From NCBI GenBank assembly GCA_902801795.1, contig CADCJQ010000005.1, positions 4,414 to 68,413 of the forward strand: a stretch of 64,000 bases of DNA. The letters are read 5' to 3'. This stretch comes from an uncultured Erysipelotrichaceae bacterium (GTDB lineage: Bacteria; Bacillota_I; Bacilli_A; RF39; UBA660). Positions 1-9,292 of the stretch are shown here, one piece after another. The position numbers and the translations under genes are program-made. The notes beneath the pieces are model-generated. The model did not search any database. It saw only the letters and a program-made list of their open reading frames with translations, and was not told the DNA's origin. Position 1 is the stretch's first letter. The number at the start of each line of letters is the position of its first letter.

Positions 1-1107
1 AACAGTTGGATAACCTATATAAGGTATTCTTATATTAACAACTCCAATTATCATATCTTCCGTAATCTTATAATTATCAATATCATAATTAGCATCACCT
101 TTAGTATAGTAATATAATTCATCCCCTACTTTTATATTTTTAACTAACCGATGAACAATAATTCTTTTATCATATCGATAGGCAATAATATCACCTATTT
201 GAATATCTTTTTTATTTATTTTTTCAATAACTACAACATCACCTTTTAAAATATTAGGTTCCATAGAACCACTTGCTATAACAATTGCATGATAATGAAA
301 ATAACCGGATGTTATATATACTAAAAAAATCACTAACATTACAGGAATAACTAAATTTCCAATTCTCTTTTTTTGATAATCTCTTTCGATTTTCTCATCT
401 TTTTCTCTTTTATAATATTTATATATTCCATACATAAAAAACATTGGTACAAGTAATTCTACTATTGAATAAATATATTGATTAGGATTTGGAATAATTG
501 GAACAAAGAAGGAATATAAACTAATTATTAAATAATACATGATAGTTGGTTTATATCCTGTTTTATAAGATATATAAGTTGTCAAGATATTTCTTGTAAT
601 TGTTGGTAATATAGTAGTTGCAACATAAATAAAAATTGTATAACTAGAATAAAAAATACTTGTTTCCAATGTTCCTCGTAAATCAGATAAAATAAAGAAA
701 AGAGTGGTTAAAATAATTAGTGTTCTTGATTCTTCTGATTTTTTTACCATCATATAACGTAATATTTCTCTTAAGATAATAGTTACTATAAGTGGTAAAA
801 TTACTTTTATAATACCATTTAAATGTAAATAACTACTTGTTTTAGCAAAAGATAAAATAATTCCTGATAAATAATATAAAAGAAAATATATTAACAAATA
901 AATAAATATTTCAATACAAATATTTTTAGTATCACGATGATTATCTTTTTCAAAACCAAAGATTATCTTAAATAAAAAAAGTAATATGCAATAATATAAA
1001 ACTTCAAAATAGTTTCCTAATATACTTGATACAAAATTATTTAAAAGAAAAGATATTATCAAAACGATAATTTGAAATAGTAATAATTTTTTATAACTTT
1101 TTTTCAT
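1..1107 (-). CDS. Signal peptidase I, SipW-like (S26 family). C-terminus is cut by the window edge. The catalytic domain follows a ~265-aa polytopic membrane extension.
   Basis: Absent from the ORF track because no stop lies in the window. ATG at 1107 follows a GGAG. My translation reads MKKSYKKLLLFQIIVLIISF..., with about 8 hydrophobic helices, then ...HAIVIASGSMEPNILKGDVVVIEKINKKDIQIGDIIAYRYDKRIIVHRLV...YTKGDANYDID... The SGSMEP nucleophile box and GDAN box are typical of SipW/archaeal-type S26 peptidases. The frame stays open to base 1. Confidence 0.75.
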   Translation of the reverse strand, partial: MKKSYKKLLLFQIIVLIISFLLNNFVSSILGNYFEVLYYCILLFLFKIIFGFEKDNHRDTKNICIEIFIYLLIYFLLYYLSGIILSFAKTSSYLHLNGIIKVILPLIVTIILREILRYMMVKKSEESRTLIILTTLFFILSDLRGTLETSIFYSSYTIFIYVATTILPTITRNILTTYISYKTGYKPTIMYYLIISLYSFFVPIIPNPNQYIYSIVELLVPMFFMYGIYKYYKREKDEKIERDYQKKRIGNLVIPVMLVIFLVYITSGYFHYHAIVIASGSMEPNILKGDVVVIEKINKKDIQIGDIIAYRYDKRIIVHRLVKNIKVGDELYYYTKGDANYDIDNYKITEDMIIGVVNIRIPYIGYPTV

Positions 1108-1177
1108 AATTCATCTCCTAAATAATCTTGTTAAAATATATTAAGATATAATATTGCTACTATATCTCAATATTCTT

Positions 1178-1939
1178 TTAAGGATTTGGATTAGTACTTA
1201 CATATACAACCGTTATGTTGCCAGCACTAACAGTAATATCACCATCTAAAGTTGCTGCAATAGTATCTGCTTCTGCATTACCACTAGCATTTCCTTTATA
1301 AGCAAGTTTTACAATTACTGGAGCCGTTCCTGTTTTAGCAGGTAATGTATGACTATATGTTCCACTATATGAAGAACTATATTCTGTTCCCGCAATAGAA
1401 ACTGTTAAATCAAACATTTTAGCACAATCTTCATTACTTATCGTTACAGTATTACCTCCACCCATTTGAGAACCAGCATTCGCAGTTCCTTCGATAGTTG
1501 TCCAATTATTAGTACCAGATGAAGTTGCATTAGTACATGTTAAAGCAACATTACTAAAGTCAACACTATCCAAATAAGCAGTAATTGAACCTTTATTAAG
1601 TAAAGATAATGTATATGTTACTTGTGAACCATAGACCGTTTTAAGAGTAGCATTGGCACCATTTGTTTGTCCAATCGTATATTTAGTAACGTCAACCGTT
1701 CCTCCTGCTAATGTATTATCAGCATTAACACCAGTTTTAGTTCTCGCCGTAGTTACATTTTCAATATCAAGACCATCAGTTGAAAAACCTACATTCCAAT
1801 TATTATCATTAGGTTTAACATCTGAAGTTGTTGAAATTTGAAGACTCGTTGAATAGGCAGCGAATCCAAGAGACAAACCAACGACAGCAACAAATAAAGC
1901 AACAAGAGCAATAATTCTGCTATTTCCATTTTTTTCCAC
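1178..1939 (-). CDS. Secreted Thr/Ser/Asn/Gly-rich protein with a SipW-cognate-like signal peptide (TasA-like candidate substrate)
   Basis: ORF track. The N-terminus is RIIALVALFVAVVGLSLGFAAYSTSLQISTT. The gene lies 70 nt upstream of the SipW-like peptidase on the same strand. Confidence 0.55.
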   Translation of the reverse strand: MEKNGNSRIIALVALFVAVVGLSLGFAAYSTSLQISTTSDVKPNDNNWNVGFSTDGLDIENVTTARTKTGVNADNTLAGGTVDVTKYTIGQTNGANATLKTVYGSQVTYTLSLLNKGSITAYLDSVDFSNVALTCTNATSSGTNNWTTIEGTANAGSQMGGGNTVTISNEDCAKMFDLTVSIAGTEYSSSYSGTYSHTLPAKTGTAPVIVKLAYKGNASGNAEADTIAATLDGDITVSAGNITVVYVSTNPNP

Positions 1940-2363
1940 TTAATTCACCTCCTTCATTTCATAACAAAATAAAGAATAAGTATTAGATAATACCTCAATC
2001 TTTACTACTGTATTCTATTTAATTATGTTTACATTGTAATTTTATCATAATATATTATAATTGTAAAGTAATACTTAAGATTCAATTATTAATTCCAATA
2101 TTAGCGATGATTATTTTTGAAAGAAACCACTATTTCCATTAACTAGAATACAGGAGTTAACATATAAATAGGCTATTAAAATATTATTTTCTTGTCCTAA
2201 TACCAAAAATATTATAAACTTTTTTTCTAAAAATATACTTTTATCTTATATTTATTATAAAACATCTAAATATAAGATAAATAATAAAAAAAATAGCAAA
2301 CTTATTAAATAAAAACTCCCAAAATCATAAAATGTGATATACTATATTATATAGGAGGAAAAG

Positions 2364-2609
2364 ATGTCTTTAGGAGAAATTATTACCAGTTTATTAATTG
2401 GTGCTATTGCTGGAGGTATTGCAGGATTTATTATGAATTCTCGTGGCGGTCTAATTCGTAATATCATTATTGGTATTATCGGTGGCTTTGTTGGTTCATA
2501 TGTTTTTGGTCTTATTGGTATCTCATGGGAAGGTATTCTAGGAACTATAGGAACAAGTTTAATTGGTGCTTGCATTCTTATTTTCTTAGGAAAATTATTA
2601 TTTAAATAA
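2364..2609 (+). CDS. GlsB/YeaQ/YmgE family transglycosylase-associated stress membrane protein
   Basis: 81 aa with Gly-rich TM repeats (LLIGAIAGGIAGFIM...IIGIIGGFVGSYVFGLIG). A GGAGG RBS is present and a terminator follows. Confidence 0.85.
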   Translation: MSLGEIITSLLIGAIAGGIAGFIMNSRGGLIRNIIIGIIGGFVGSYVFGLIGISWEGILGTIGTSLIGACILIFLGKLLFK

Positions 2610-2615
2610 AAAAAT

Positions 2616-2641
2616 TGTTAGAGAAATCTAACATTTTTTTA
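2616..2641 (+). terminator. Rho-independent terminator after the glsB-like gene
   Basis: Stem tgttaga, loop gaaa, stem tctaaca, followed by a T7 run. Confidence 0.6.
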
Positions 2642-2644
2642 TTA

Positions 2645-2671
2645 AAGAAAAACTCTTGTAAAAACAAGAGT
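2645..2671 (-). terminator. Rho-independent terminator after tRNA-Ala
   Basis: On the minus strand: ACTCTTGT, TTTT loop, ACAAGAGT, followed by TTTTCTT. Confidence 0.55.
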
Positions 2672-2684
2672 CTGAATACAAAAA

Positions 2685-2760
2685 TGGTGGAGCATAACGG
2701 GATCGAACCGTTGACCTTCACGGTGCAAACGTGACGCTCTCCCAGCTGAGCTAATGCCCC
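2685..2760 (-). tRNA. tRNA-Ala (anticodon UGC)
   Basis: The reverse complement is GGGGCATTAGCTCAGCTGGGAGAGCGTCACGTTTGCACCGTGAAGGTCAACGGTTCGATCCCGTTATGCTCCACCA. It forms a cloverleaf with the G3:U70 identity pair, anticodon loop TTTGCAC and an encoded CCA. Confidence 0.92.
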
Positions 2761-2830
2761 AATAAATGTTGCTTTTTTCAATCAACATTTAAGATTATAC
2801 ACATTTCTTTTATTAAAGTCAACTATTTTA

Positions 2831-4522
2831 TTACATTTTTTTTAGTAATTTATGATATTCTTGATTATTTTTTATTAAATCTTTATGATTACCTTCTCCA
2901 ATAACTTTACCATAAGCAAAAAAGATAATTTTATCAACATTATTATTTTTTAATATATCAATATTACGACTTACAACAATAATAGTATGTTCATTTTTCA
3001 ATTTAATAAGCATATCAAAAATTTGTTTATGAACAGGACGACTAACATGATCTAAAATATTATTTATTAAAATAATTTTACTTTTTCTTAAAAAGATTCT
3101 TGCAAAAGCTAGTAAATACCTTACATCATTATTAATATTACTAGCATCACTATTTAAAATAGTTTCATAACCATTAGGTAAACTCATAATATATTCATCA
3201 ATTTCCAGTTCTTTACAAATATTAACGATATTTTCAAAATTACTATCAAATATTAATAAATTATCCCGAATGGAAGTATTAAAAAAAGTTGGATATTCCA
3301 TAATAAATCCCATAATATTACTAATATTTTCTCTTGAATAATCATTAATATCAATATTATCAATTAATATCTTACCTGAATGTTCCCTATTATATCTTAA
3401 TAATAAATCAATAATTCCTTCACAAGACTTAGTACTACCAGATAGAATCGTTAAACTATTTTTGGTAATACTAAAATTAACTTCATTTAATAATGGAGAC
3501 ATTTTATTACCATATAAAATATTATTAAAATTAATATTTCCTAAAACGTCATTATTATTATCTTGATCAACTTCATGATTATTAGCGTATTGAAATAACT
3601 TCGTTACACGAATTTCGGATACTTTTTTATTATTAAGACTTTCTGATAAAATAATAATGGAAGTAAATAATTCACTTAACTTCGTATAATAACTATAAAT
3701 AATTGTAATTGTACCAAGTGTCATATTCCCATCCATAATTAATTTAATACCAATAATTAATGATAATATTTTAAAAAAATCTACTATTCCTAAAGTTGTC
3801 TCTCTTAAATTAAAACGATTCATATTAAGTTTAGTATGCCATTTAATATAATCATCAACAATAGTATTAAGTCTTTTTTTAATAACCTTTAAAATATTAA
3901 ATCCTTTAATGGTTTTAACACTTAAAAAGATTTCTTGAAATAAACTTATTCTTTTATCATTTCTTATTTTTCTTTCGGTATTTACAAGAGAAATAAATTT
4001 ATTAAAATAAAATAGTATAAAAATTACAATCATGCTAGAAACTAACGTAATTATTCCTATTAAAGTATTAATGAAAAAGAAATAAATAATTATATAAATA
4101 AACTCTAATATCTCAACAATTCTAATAACTAAAGTACTATAATAATCACTAATCATTTCAAAGTCTTCCGATAAAATATTACTATATTCTGATAAACTAA
4201 ATCTTGATAAACTATATAAGGAATTATTAAAAGTTTTATTAATACCTAAATTCATATATGATTTATATAAAGATAAATATAACCAAAAATATATTTTTTG
4301 ATTAAAGTATTCAATAAAACGATAACTAATTGTTAAAATACCAAAGATAATTGAAAAGAAATAAGCATTGTTAAAGTTAGTTTCAGTTATCGCATCAATT
4401 AAATTACTATAGTAAATAGGAATAACTAGCAATAAAACATTTAGTATAATACTAATAATGAATTTCCAAATAAACTTTCCTTTATGTGAAAATAAGATTT
4501 TTTTATTTTCTTCTTTTGACAT
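2831..4522 (-). CDS. ABC exporter-like protein (6-TM domain plus nucleotide-binding domain) in which every catalytic NBD motif is degenerate
   Basis: 563 aa with type I exporter architecture. Walker A reads LSGSTKSCEG, the signature region DASNINNDVRY, Walker B IILINNILDH, and the H-loop position IIVVSRN. Confidence 0.75.
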   Translation of the reverse strand: MSKEENKKILFSHKGKFIWKFIISIILNVLLLVIPIYYSNLIDAITETNFNNAYFFSIIFGILTISYRFIEYFNQKIYFWLYLSLYKSYMNLGINKTFNNSLYSLSRFSLSEYSNILSEDFEMISDYYSTLVIRIVEILEFIYIIIYFFFINTLIGIITLVSSMIVIFILFYFNKFISLVNTERKIRNDKRISLFQEIFLSVKTIKGFNILKVIKKRLNTIVDDYIKWHTKLNMNRFNLRETTLGIVDFFKILSLIIGIKLIMDGNMTLGTITIIYSYYTKLSELFTSIIILSESLNNKKVSEIRVTKLFQYANNHEVDQDNNNDVLGNINFNNILYGNKMSPLLNEVNFSITKNSLTILSGSTKSCEGIIDLLLRYNREHSGKILIDNIDINDYSRENISNIMGFIMEYPTFFNTSIRDNLLIFDSNFENIVNICKELEIDEYIMSLPNGYETILNSDASNINNDVRYLLAFARIFLRKSKIILINNILDHVSRPVHKQIFDMLIKLKNEHTIIVVSRNIDILKNNNVDKIIFFAYGKVIGEGNHKDLIKNNQEYHKLLKKM

Positions 4523-4855
4523 AACATCACCATTATTAGTTTTGGTATTTTACGATAAATTATGTACTATTTATTTAAAATCTTTTTCGTTAAAACAACA
4601 CTTATTGAATTATTCAAAAAAATTATCAAAAATTTTATTAACATATCTTGACTATTAAAGAAATCATACTATATAATTTATTTTGTTAGAGTTACTTGCT
4701 AATTGCTCACAAATTTAATTTAGGTCGATAATTTATCTTTTAGGCAAGAAAGAGATATCTATTCGGGCGTACCACTTGGTATTATGTGAAATATACATAA
4801 TATTTGTTCGCAAAGTGGGACGCCCTTTTTCTATACATTTAGGGAGGTAATAAAA

Positions 4856-5860
4856 ATGAATAATGTAATTGAAAAAAATGAATTTGACGAAGTAGTATCT
4901 ATTATTGAGACAAGAAAAAGAAATGCTTATGTAAAAGTTAATGAGGAATTAATTAATATGTATTGGGATGTTGGTAAATATGTTAGTGAAAAAGTTAATA
5001 ATTCTCTTTGGGGAAGTAAAATTGTTCAAAAACTAGCAGATTACATTAAAACGAAATATCCTAATTTATCGGGATTTGATAGAACAGGTATTTACAGAAT
5101 GAAACAATTTTATGAAATGTACTATGATGATGAAATTGTCGCACCATTGGTGCGACAAATAAGTTGGTCAAATAATTTATTAATAATGAGTAGAACAAAA
5201 TCAAATAAAGAACGAGAGTTTTATATCAAAATGTGCATCAAAAATCATTATAAAAAACGCGAACTAGATAGACAAATATCTAGTGCATATTATGAAAGAT
5301 ATATGTTATCCTCTAATAAAGCTAATGAAGGTATTATAAGTACTATTGATGAAGACGATTATCCAAATACAAAATTACTTGATACTTATAGTTTGGAATT
5401 TTTAGATTTACCAAATGAGTTTAAAGAAAAAGACTTAAAAGAAGCTTTAATTCATAATATGAAGAATTTTATTTTAGAAATTGGTAAAGATTTTACTTTT
5501 ATTGGTGAAGAATATTGTATTCGTGTAGGCGATGAAGATTTTTTTATAGATTTATTAATGTTTAATCGTTCAATTAATTGTTTGGTAGCTTTTGAACTTA
5601 AAATTGGTAAATTTAAACCTGAGTATTTATCTAAAATGAATTTTTATTTAGAAGCACTCGATAGACAAGTAAAACAAAAAGATGAAAATCCTAGTGTTGG
5701 AATAATACTTTGTTCTAGTAAAAATAATGAAGTTGTCGAATATTCAATGAGTAGAAATTTATCACCAACAATGATATCAAATTATACTTTAAAATTACCT
5801 GATAAAAAAATATTAGAAAAAAAACTTAAAGAAATAAAGGAATTATTAGATAATCATTAA
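4856..5860 (+). CDS. PDDEXK nuclease, DUF1016/YhcG family
   Basis: 334 aa. The N-terminal YhcG-like region is WDVGKYV...IVAPLVRQISWSNNLLIM. The C-terminal PD-(D/E)xK core is GDEDFFIDLLMFNRSINCLVAFELKIGKF. A GGGAGG RBS is present. Confidence 0.85.
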   Translation: MNNVIEKNEFDEVVSIIETRKRNAYVKVNEELINMYWDVGKYVSEKVNNSLWGSKIVQKLADYIKTKYPNLSGFDRTGIYRMKQFYEMYYDDEIVAPLVRQISWSNNLLIMSRTKSNKEREFYIKMCIKNHYKKRELDRQISSAYYERYMLSSNKANEGIISTIDEDDYPNTKLLDTYSLEFLDLPNEFKEKDLKEALIHNMKNFILEIGKDFTFIGEEYCIRVGDEDFFIDLLMFNRSINCLVAFELKIGKFKPEYLSKMNFYLEALDRQVKQKDENPSVGIILCSSKNNEVVEYSMSRNLSPTMISNYTLKLPDKKILEKKLKEIKELLDNH

Positions 5861-5915
5861 ATTGTCGCACCATTGGTGACACAATTTATTTTGCATACAT
5901 AAGAAGGAAAAGAAA

Positions 5916-6665
5916 AATGAATGAATTCAAAGGTAGATTAGAGCTAAATTAGTACAAAGTGTTATTGATAAAAAGGTTGATACTTACTTTGTAAATAAAA
6001 ATGAACTAACACATTACTACAACGTTGGAAAAAAAATTATTGAGGCTCAAGGTGGAGAGTCAAGAGCAAAATATGGTGATGGTCTTATTAGAAAATTTTC
6101 AAAAAGATTAACAAAAGAATTAAATAAAGGATATAGTTATCGCTCATTAAACTTAATGAGAAAGTTTTATTTATTTCAAAAAGTGCAGCCAGTTGCTGCA
6201 CAATTAAGCTGGTCACATTATATAGAACTATTGTCAATTAAAGATATTAATGAAATAAATTATTATATTGATATTTATCTTAATCAAAATTTAAGCCGCA
6301 ATAAATTAAGAGAAAAAATTAAATCAAAAGAATATCAAAGATTGGATAACAAGACAAAAAATAAATTAATAAATAATGAAGAATTAAATGTTTATGATAA
6401 TATTAAGAATCCAATTTATGTTAATACATATAATAGTAATATTAATAAAGAAGATATACAGGAAAAAGCACTAAAATCATTTATATTAAGAGATAAAGAT
6501 CATTTAGGACAAATTCAAGTTTATATGAATTATGTAGATAAGCACATAAAAAATAATAATCAAAATAAAACTATTGGAATCATTGTATGCAAGAAAGATA
6601 ATAAATATTTAATTGAATACTCATCTGATGAAAGAATAAGAATAACAACTTATGAGTTAGTTTAA
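5916..6665 (+). pseudogene. Decayed DUF1016/YhcG paralog (N-terminal frameshift, nuclease core deleted)
   Basis: The ATG at 5916 with an RBS reads MNEFKGRLELN then stop. The next frame continues AKLVQSVIDKKVDTYFVNKNELTHYYNVGKKIIEAQGG...VQPVAAQLSWSHYIELL, joining track ORF 6156..6665. The segment equivalent to the D...ELK nuclease core of the neighbour is missing. Confidence 0.6.
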
Positions 6666-6778
6666 TAATCTTAATTTCATAGTTACTATTATATTAATCT
6701 AATTATGAGTTTAAAGATTTATTTTTACACATTCATTTAACTTTCTGGTGCAAAAGAATCATAAATAAAAAGAAAGAT

Positions 6779-8398
6779 TTACTCTTCCCTTTCATCTTTA
6801 TCAATAGTTACTTCTCTTTTTTTAATACTATTATTAGTATTAGAACTATTATTTTCAACTTCTATTTTCTTCTCTTCTTTAGGTTCTTCTTTTTTAATAG
6901 AATTGTCTATTTTATTAGTTATTCCTTCTTTTACTGTTTCGTTTTTATTAGACGTAATATCTCCAACATTTTTTTCTTCTTTTTTTATTTTCTTTTTCTT
7001 ATTAACTAGTTTTATAATTACAAATGTCACTAATGCAAGTATAATAGCACCAATTACGCCAAACAATATTATTTCTTTGGAATTATTCTTTTCTACTTTT
7101 TTAGTATCTGGTTCCGTTTTGGGAATATCTTTTATTGGTTCTTTTGGAATATTATTATCATCGTCCATAAAAACAATTACAAATTCATTTTGATATTTTA
7201 CGATATATAAATCACTGGCATGCTCATGATTTTCATTCTTATAATACCACCAATTGGTATATTTATATAAAGTTGTTCCTTTAGGAATAACTCCTTTATT
7301 ATATTTATTCTTGATATTTTCATCAACAACTTCACTATCATTATTTTTAAGATAATTATATAAATCAATATTATACATTTTGATTTCTTCTTTAGTTACA
7401 ATAGTATCTGGTTTTTCATCTTTTCCAAATAAAATAACATTTTCATCTTTAATAAATCCTTTAGTTCCTTTATATTCAACATAAAAATAACAGTTTTTGC
7501 CAATACATACTGGTTCTTGTGGACCATCCCAAGTAATATCTCTGTAATATACTTTATCAATAATTTCTCCACCATTAACAGCGGTTCTTACTTTTCCATC
7601 TAATGTAGTAATACCAACACTTTTTAATATTAATAAGTTATAATACTCACTTAAAATAGCATAATCAAAACTATATAGGTATCCTTTATCACCATTTCTT
7701 ACACCAATATAACCTTCTTCTCCATTATAATTAACTAAATACTTACTTCCATCAGTTAAATAATAAAGATTATTTTTATTAATTAATGTTTCTTTTGGTA
7801 TCGTAGAAAGATAATTATTATTATCATCAACCATTTTAGTATCAGTAAGTAATAAAATATCTAAATAATTACGTAAAGCAATTGTATCATCAGTTGATAC
7901 CCATCCTTTATATTCTCCATCATCAACATAATACCAATAACCTGCTTCATAAGTTACATTTACCTTTGTTTTATAAGGAACTATTTTATCGTATTTTTTA
8001 TATATGGAAGATGGTCCTTTACTTAACTTTAAACCATTTTTTTCATATATTATTATATCTTTTGATATTTTCTCTAATGACAATCCATCATAATAATCTG
8101 TACTTTCCTTAATATCTTTATCACTCGGTATATATTCTTCACGATATGGAGCAATATCTTTTTTATTTATTGTATAATCTTTTTTATTATTCCATTCTAC
8201 TTCTACATAATCTTCATATTCATTATAAACATGTATTTTCGCATTATAAGGAATTATGGTTTCTCCATAACTTTCTTTTGCTCCATTCTTATTAGTTACA
8301 ATTGCATCATATCCCATAATTGTTGGTCCGCCAGCATCTGCTAATACCAAATTTGGCATCAACATTAATATTAACACTAAACAAATTATTTTCTTCAT
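6779..8398 (-). CDS. Membrane-anchored extracellular protein with SH3b-like repeats and a Lys/Glu-rich cytoplasmic tail
   Basis: Signal peptide MKKIICLVLILMLMPNLVLADA. I prefer this internal ATG, which has an RBS, over track start 8434. Repeated W/Y..V...G(Y)KGWV/KGFI motifs occur. C-terminal TM is IILFGVIGAIILALVTFVIIKL. Confidence 0.55.
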   Translation of the reverse strand: MKKIICLVLILMLMPNLVLADAGGPTIMGYDAIVTNKNGAKESYGETIIPYNAKIHVYNEYEDYVEVEWNNKKDYTINKKDIAPYREEYIPSDKDIKESTDYYDGLSLEKISKDIIIYEKNGLKLSKGPSSIYKKYDKIVPYKTKVNVTYEAGYWYYVDDGEYKGWVSTDDTIALRNYLDILLLTDTKMVDDNNNYLSTIPKETLINKNNLYYLTDGSKYLVNYNGEEGYIGVRNGDKGYLYSFDYAILSEYYNLLILKSVGITTLDGKVRTAVNGGEIIDKVYYRDITWDGPQEPVCIGKNCYFYVEYKGTKGFIKDENVILFGKDEKPDTIVTKEEIKMYNIDLYNYLKNNDSEVVDENIKNKYNKGVIPKGTTLYKYTNWWYYKNENHEHASDLYIVKYQNEFVIVFMDDDNNIPKEPIKDIPKTEPDTKKVEKNNSKEIILFGVIGAIILALVTFVIIKLVNKKKKIKKEEKNVGDITSNKNETVKEGITNKIDNSIKKEEPKEEKKIEVENNSSNTNNSIKKREVTIDKDEREE

Positions 8399-8420
8399 AT
8401 TCTTCACTTCTTTCCTCTTT

Positions 8421-9290
8421 TTAATAATTTTCATTATAGTTATTTTGTTTTTTTAGTTTATTAATTCTAATACCTAAAATAATGATAATAATAAGTAATA
8501 ACCCTATTACTCCTAAACCAGTATAAACAATATAATCATCCAAGACAATTTCATTATGGCTAACATCTTTACTATCATCATTATTAACTACATTGGTATT
8601 ATCATTATTACCTAGTTCAAAAGAAAACTCAACATTATTTTCTTTATTATATAAAAGATTCCAATTTAATCTTCTTCCATTATCTTCTATAGTACTAGCA
8701 TTACTATTTAGAACACGATTTGGTAAAATAATACTAAAACTTAAATCAACGCCATTTGCTAACATATTTTGAAGTTGTTCATCATCTATTGAACTACCTA
8801 TTGCATTATTATTTTCTAATGAATCTTCAGAATCTTGATTGTTATCAGTAATGTTTTCATTTTCTGTAATACTTTTACTAAAATCAATTTTAAATTTAGC
8901 ATAATATGTATTTTTATTATTTCCTCTTTCAATTTTAAACATATATGGATTATTGTCCATACCTTCAAGCATTTTATTTAAATCAAAAACGACATCACTT
9001 GCTGTACTTATAGTATCAATATTAGGAATCTTTTGAGTAAAAACATAACCCTTCATATCACCATTATCATAATCTTCTAATTTAAAGCCTGCTTTCTTCA
9101 TGCTTTCTAATGATTCTTCATCAATTAATGATTCTTCTTCAGTATATTGTTCTAATATTTCTTTCTTTATGGCATAAAGCATTTTAAATTCCATCGATTT
9201 ATCATCTTTAATTTCCATACTTAAATTCATTTTCATACAGCCAGTTAACAAAACTGTAACTAATAACATTCCTATAATTAATTTCTTCAT
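8421..9290 (-). CDS. Lipoprotein with a C-terminal TM anchor, function unknown
   Basis: Lipobox LLTGC at the N-terminus (MKKLIIGMLLVTVLLTGC). C-terminal hydrophobic helix is VYTGLGVIGLLLIIIIILGI. Confidence 0.65.
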   Translation of the reverse strand: MKKLIIGMLLVTVLLTGCMKMNLSMEIKDDKSMEFKMLYAIKKEILEQYTEEESLIDEESLESMKKAGFKLEDYDNGDMKGYVFTQKIPNIDTISTASDVVFDLNKMLEGMDNNPYMFKIERGNNKNTYYAKFKIDFSKSITENENITDNNQDSEDSLENNNAIGSSIDDEQLQNMLANGVDLSFSIILPNRVLNSNASTIEDNGRRLNWNLLYNKENNVEFSFELGNNDNTNVVNNDDSKDVSHNEIVLDDYIVYTGLGVIGLLLIIIIILGIRINKLKKQNNYNENY

Positions 9291-9292
9291 AT

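Noticed and set aside
1653-1841. Plus-strand 62-aa ORF inside the TasA-like gene. Similar antisense ORFs occur at 2342..2575, 6903..7193, 7882..8112, 20126..20314, 22111..22317, 26907..27170, 28478..28669, 33003..33236 and 34145..34327.
   Set aside because: Each lies entirely within a longer, motif-supported gene on the other strand. Their composition is low-complexity and hydrophobic, typical of shadow frames in AT-rich DNA. None has an RBS.
4458-4658. A 66-aa ORF in the ABC/YhcG intergenic region, and the similar ORF at 10313..10510.
   Set aside because: They have no RBS, overlap the 5' ends or promoter regions of real genes, and have low-complexity composition.
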